Below, piece by piece: positions 1-583 of a DNA stretch of 583 bases. The notes beneath the pieces were generated by a model. It searched no databases, had not been told where the DNA came from, and saw only the letters and a list, made by a program, of their open reading frames with translations. Source of the DNA: a phage; the sequence record FN641801.1. One strand, written 5' to 3'. Positions within the stretch are counted from its first letter, which is position 1. Each line of letters opens with the position of its first letter. Made by a program: the position numbers and the translations under genes.

Positions 1-22
1 ATTTGGGGGGTTCAGCCGATGA
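1..22 (+). other. Footprint of degenerate forward g23 PCR primer (MZIA1bis-like), inosine positions read as G; primer-derived, not native sequence
   Basis: Bases 1-22 (ATTTGGGGGGTTCAGCCGATGA) match the 3' 22 nt of the primer I recall as 5'-GATATTTGIGGIGTTCAGCCIATGA-3' if each inosine is read as G (window positions 6, 9 and 18, all codon third positions). The window starts exactly inside this primer and the G-run at 5-10 is what I/G substitution would produce. Confidence 0.75.
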
Positions 23-583
23 ATAACCCTACCGGCCAGGTATTTGCCCTGCGTGCAGTTTACGGTAAAGACCCTGTAGCTGCTGGTGCTAAAGAAGCTT
101 TCCACCCGATGTATGCTCCGAACGCTATGTTCTCTGGTCAGGGCGCTGCTGAAGCTTTCGAAGCTCTGGCTGCAAGCAAAGTTCTTACCGTTGGTAAAAT
201 TTATTCTCACTTCTTCGAAGCAACCGGTTCTGCACACTTCCAGGCTGTTGAAGCTGTAACCGTTGATGCCGCCGCTACTGATGCCGCTAAACTTGACGCT
301 GAAGTTACCAAACTGCTCGAAGCTGGTAAGCTGGCAGAAATCGCTGAAGGTATGGCTACTTCTATCGCCGAACTTCAGGAAGGCTTTAACGGTTCCCAGG
401 ATAACCCGTGGAACGAAATGGGCTTCCGCATCGATAAACAAGTTATCGAAGCTAAATCCCGTCAGCTGAAAGCAAGCTACTCCATCGAACTGGCACAGGA
501 CCTTCGTGCAGTACACGGTATGGATGCAGATGCTGAACTGAGTGGTATTCTTGCTACTGAAATCATGCTGGAAATCAACCGCG
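1..583 (+). CDS. 23: Major capsid protein gp23 of a T4-type (T-even-like) myovirus; internal fragment, partial at both ends (about 194 codons, frame 1)
   Basis: Seen in sequence: frame 1 is open across the whole window (codons att tgg ggg gtt cag ccg atg aat aac cct ... atc aac cgc), while other frames are interrupted. The translation contains long motifs I recognise from T4 gp23: GVQPMN-PTGQVFALRAVYGKDPVAAGAKEAFHPMY, ATDAAKLDAEV, EIAEGMATSIAELQEGFNGS-DNPWNEMGFRIDKQVIEAKSRQLKA-YSIELAQDLRAVHGMDADAELSGILATEIMLEINR. By my recollection this corresponds roughly to residues ~110-305 of the ~521-aa T4 gp23; that numbering is from memory and not computed. Codon usage is strongly biased (GCT Ala, GAA Glu, GGT Gly, AAA Lys, CTG Leu), as expected for a very highly expressed structural gene. 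Confidence 0.95.
   Translation, partial: MWGVQPMNNPTGQVFALRAVYGKDPVAAGAKEAFHPMYAPNAMFSGQGAAEAFEALAASKVLTVGKIYSHFFEATGSAHFQAVEAVTVDAAATDAAKLDAEVTKLLEAGKLAEIAEGMATSIAELQEGFNGSQDNPWNEMGFRIDKQVIEAKSRQLKASYSIELAQDLRAVHGMDADAELSGILATEIMLEINR
559..583 (+). other. Footprint of reverse g23 PCR primer (MZIA6-like, present as its reverse complement); primer-derived
   Basis: Bases 559-583 (GAAATCATGCTGGAAATCAACCGCG) are the exact reverse complement of the primer I recall as 5'-CGCGGTTGATTTCCAGCATGATTTC-3'. The window ends precisely at the primer's 5' end and encodes the conserved EIMLEINR motif. Confidence 0.75.

Noticed and set aside
5-21. G-run (GGGGGG, 5-10) followed about 8 nt later by ATG (19-21), which superficially resembles a Shine-Dalgarno plus start codon
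   Set aside because: The ATG is the in-frame internal Met of the conserved GVQPMN motif of gp23. The G-run is produced by primer inosines read as G, and the reading frame is already open upstream of it.
95-219. Short palindromes and restriction sites (AAGCTT at 95-100 and 152-157; TTCGAA at 156-161 and 214-219)
   Set aside because: These are by-products of the same GAA-GCT / TTC-GAA codon pairs. Six-base palindromes at this density in biased coding sequence are not evidence of regulatory sites or restriction-modification targets of special significance.
94-453. Recurrent hexamer GAAGCT (six occurrences by my reading, at about 94, 151, 160, 250, 319 and 448) and related GCTGAAG strings, suggesting a DNA repeat
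   Set aside because: It is explained by frequent Glu-Ala dipeptides encoded with the preferred codons GAA and GCT in an Ala/Glu-rich, probably helical protein segment. The spacing is irregular and follows the protein sequence, so it is not a repeat element or binding-site array.
263-469. 68-aa ORF in + frame 2 from the supplied track (MMPPLLMPLNLTLKLPNCSKLVSWQKSLKVWLLLSPNFRKALTVPRITRGTKWASASINKLSKLNPVS)
   Set aside because: It lies entirely within the gp23 reading frame in a different phase. Its Pro/Leu/Ser-rich low-complexity composition is what results from reading GCT/GAA/CTG-rich capsid codons out of frame. It has no recognisable motif and no upstream ribosome-binding context, and the capsid frame explains the sequence fully.
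1-583. Possible gene on the minus strand
   Set aside because: No minus-strand ORF of meaningful length appears in the supplied track, and the + frame 1 capsid reading frame spans the whole window with strong homology, leaving no unexplained sequence.

Overview
The whole window is one internal, in-frame fragment of a T4-type phage major capsid protein gene (gene 23, gp23) on the + strand, frame 1, with no stop codon from base 1 to 582, so the CDS is partial at both ends. The translation (…GVQPMNNPTGQVFALRAVYGKDPVAAGAKEAFHPMY…NPWNEMGFRIDKQVIEAKSRQLKASYSIELAQDLRAVHGMDADAELSGILATEIMLEINR) is one I recognise as gp23-like, close to but not identical with T4 gp23 as I recall it. The two ends of the window match, as I remember them, the degenerate g23 survey primers MZIA1bis (inosines read as G) and the reverse complement of MZIA6. 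The window is therefore almost certainly a PCR amplicon rather than a native genomic excerpt, and its first 22 and last 25 bases are primer-derived. I find no RNA gene, mobile element, CRISPR array, promoter or terminator, and no evidence of a novel or undescribed system; the supplied 68-aa ORF is an out-of-frame artefact inside the capsid gene. The points worth a second look are the primer footprints, a probable inosine-induced Trp-for-Cys artefact at codon 2, and a central patch where substitutions relative to T4 cluster.
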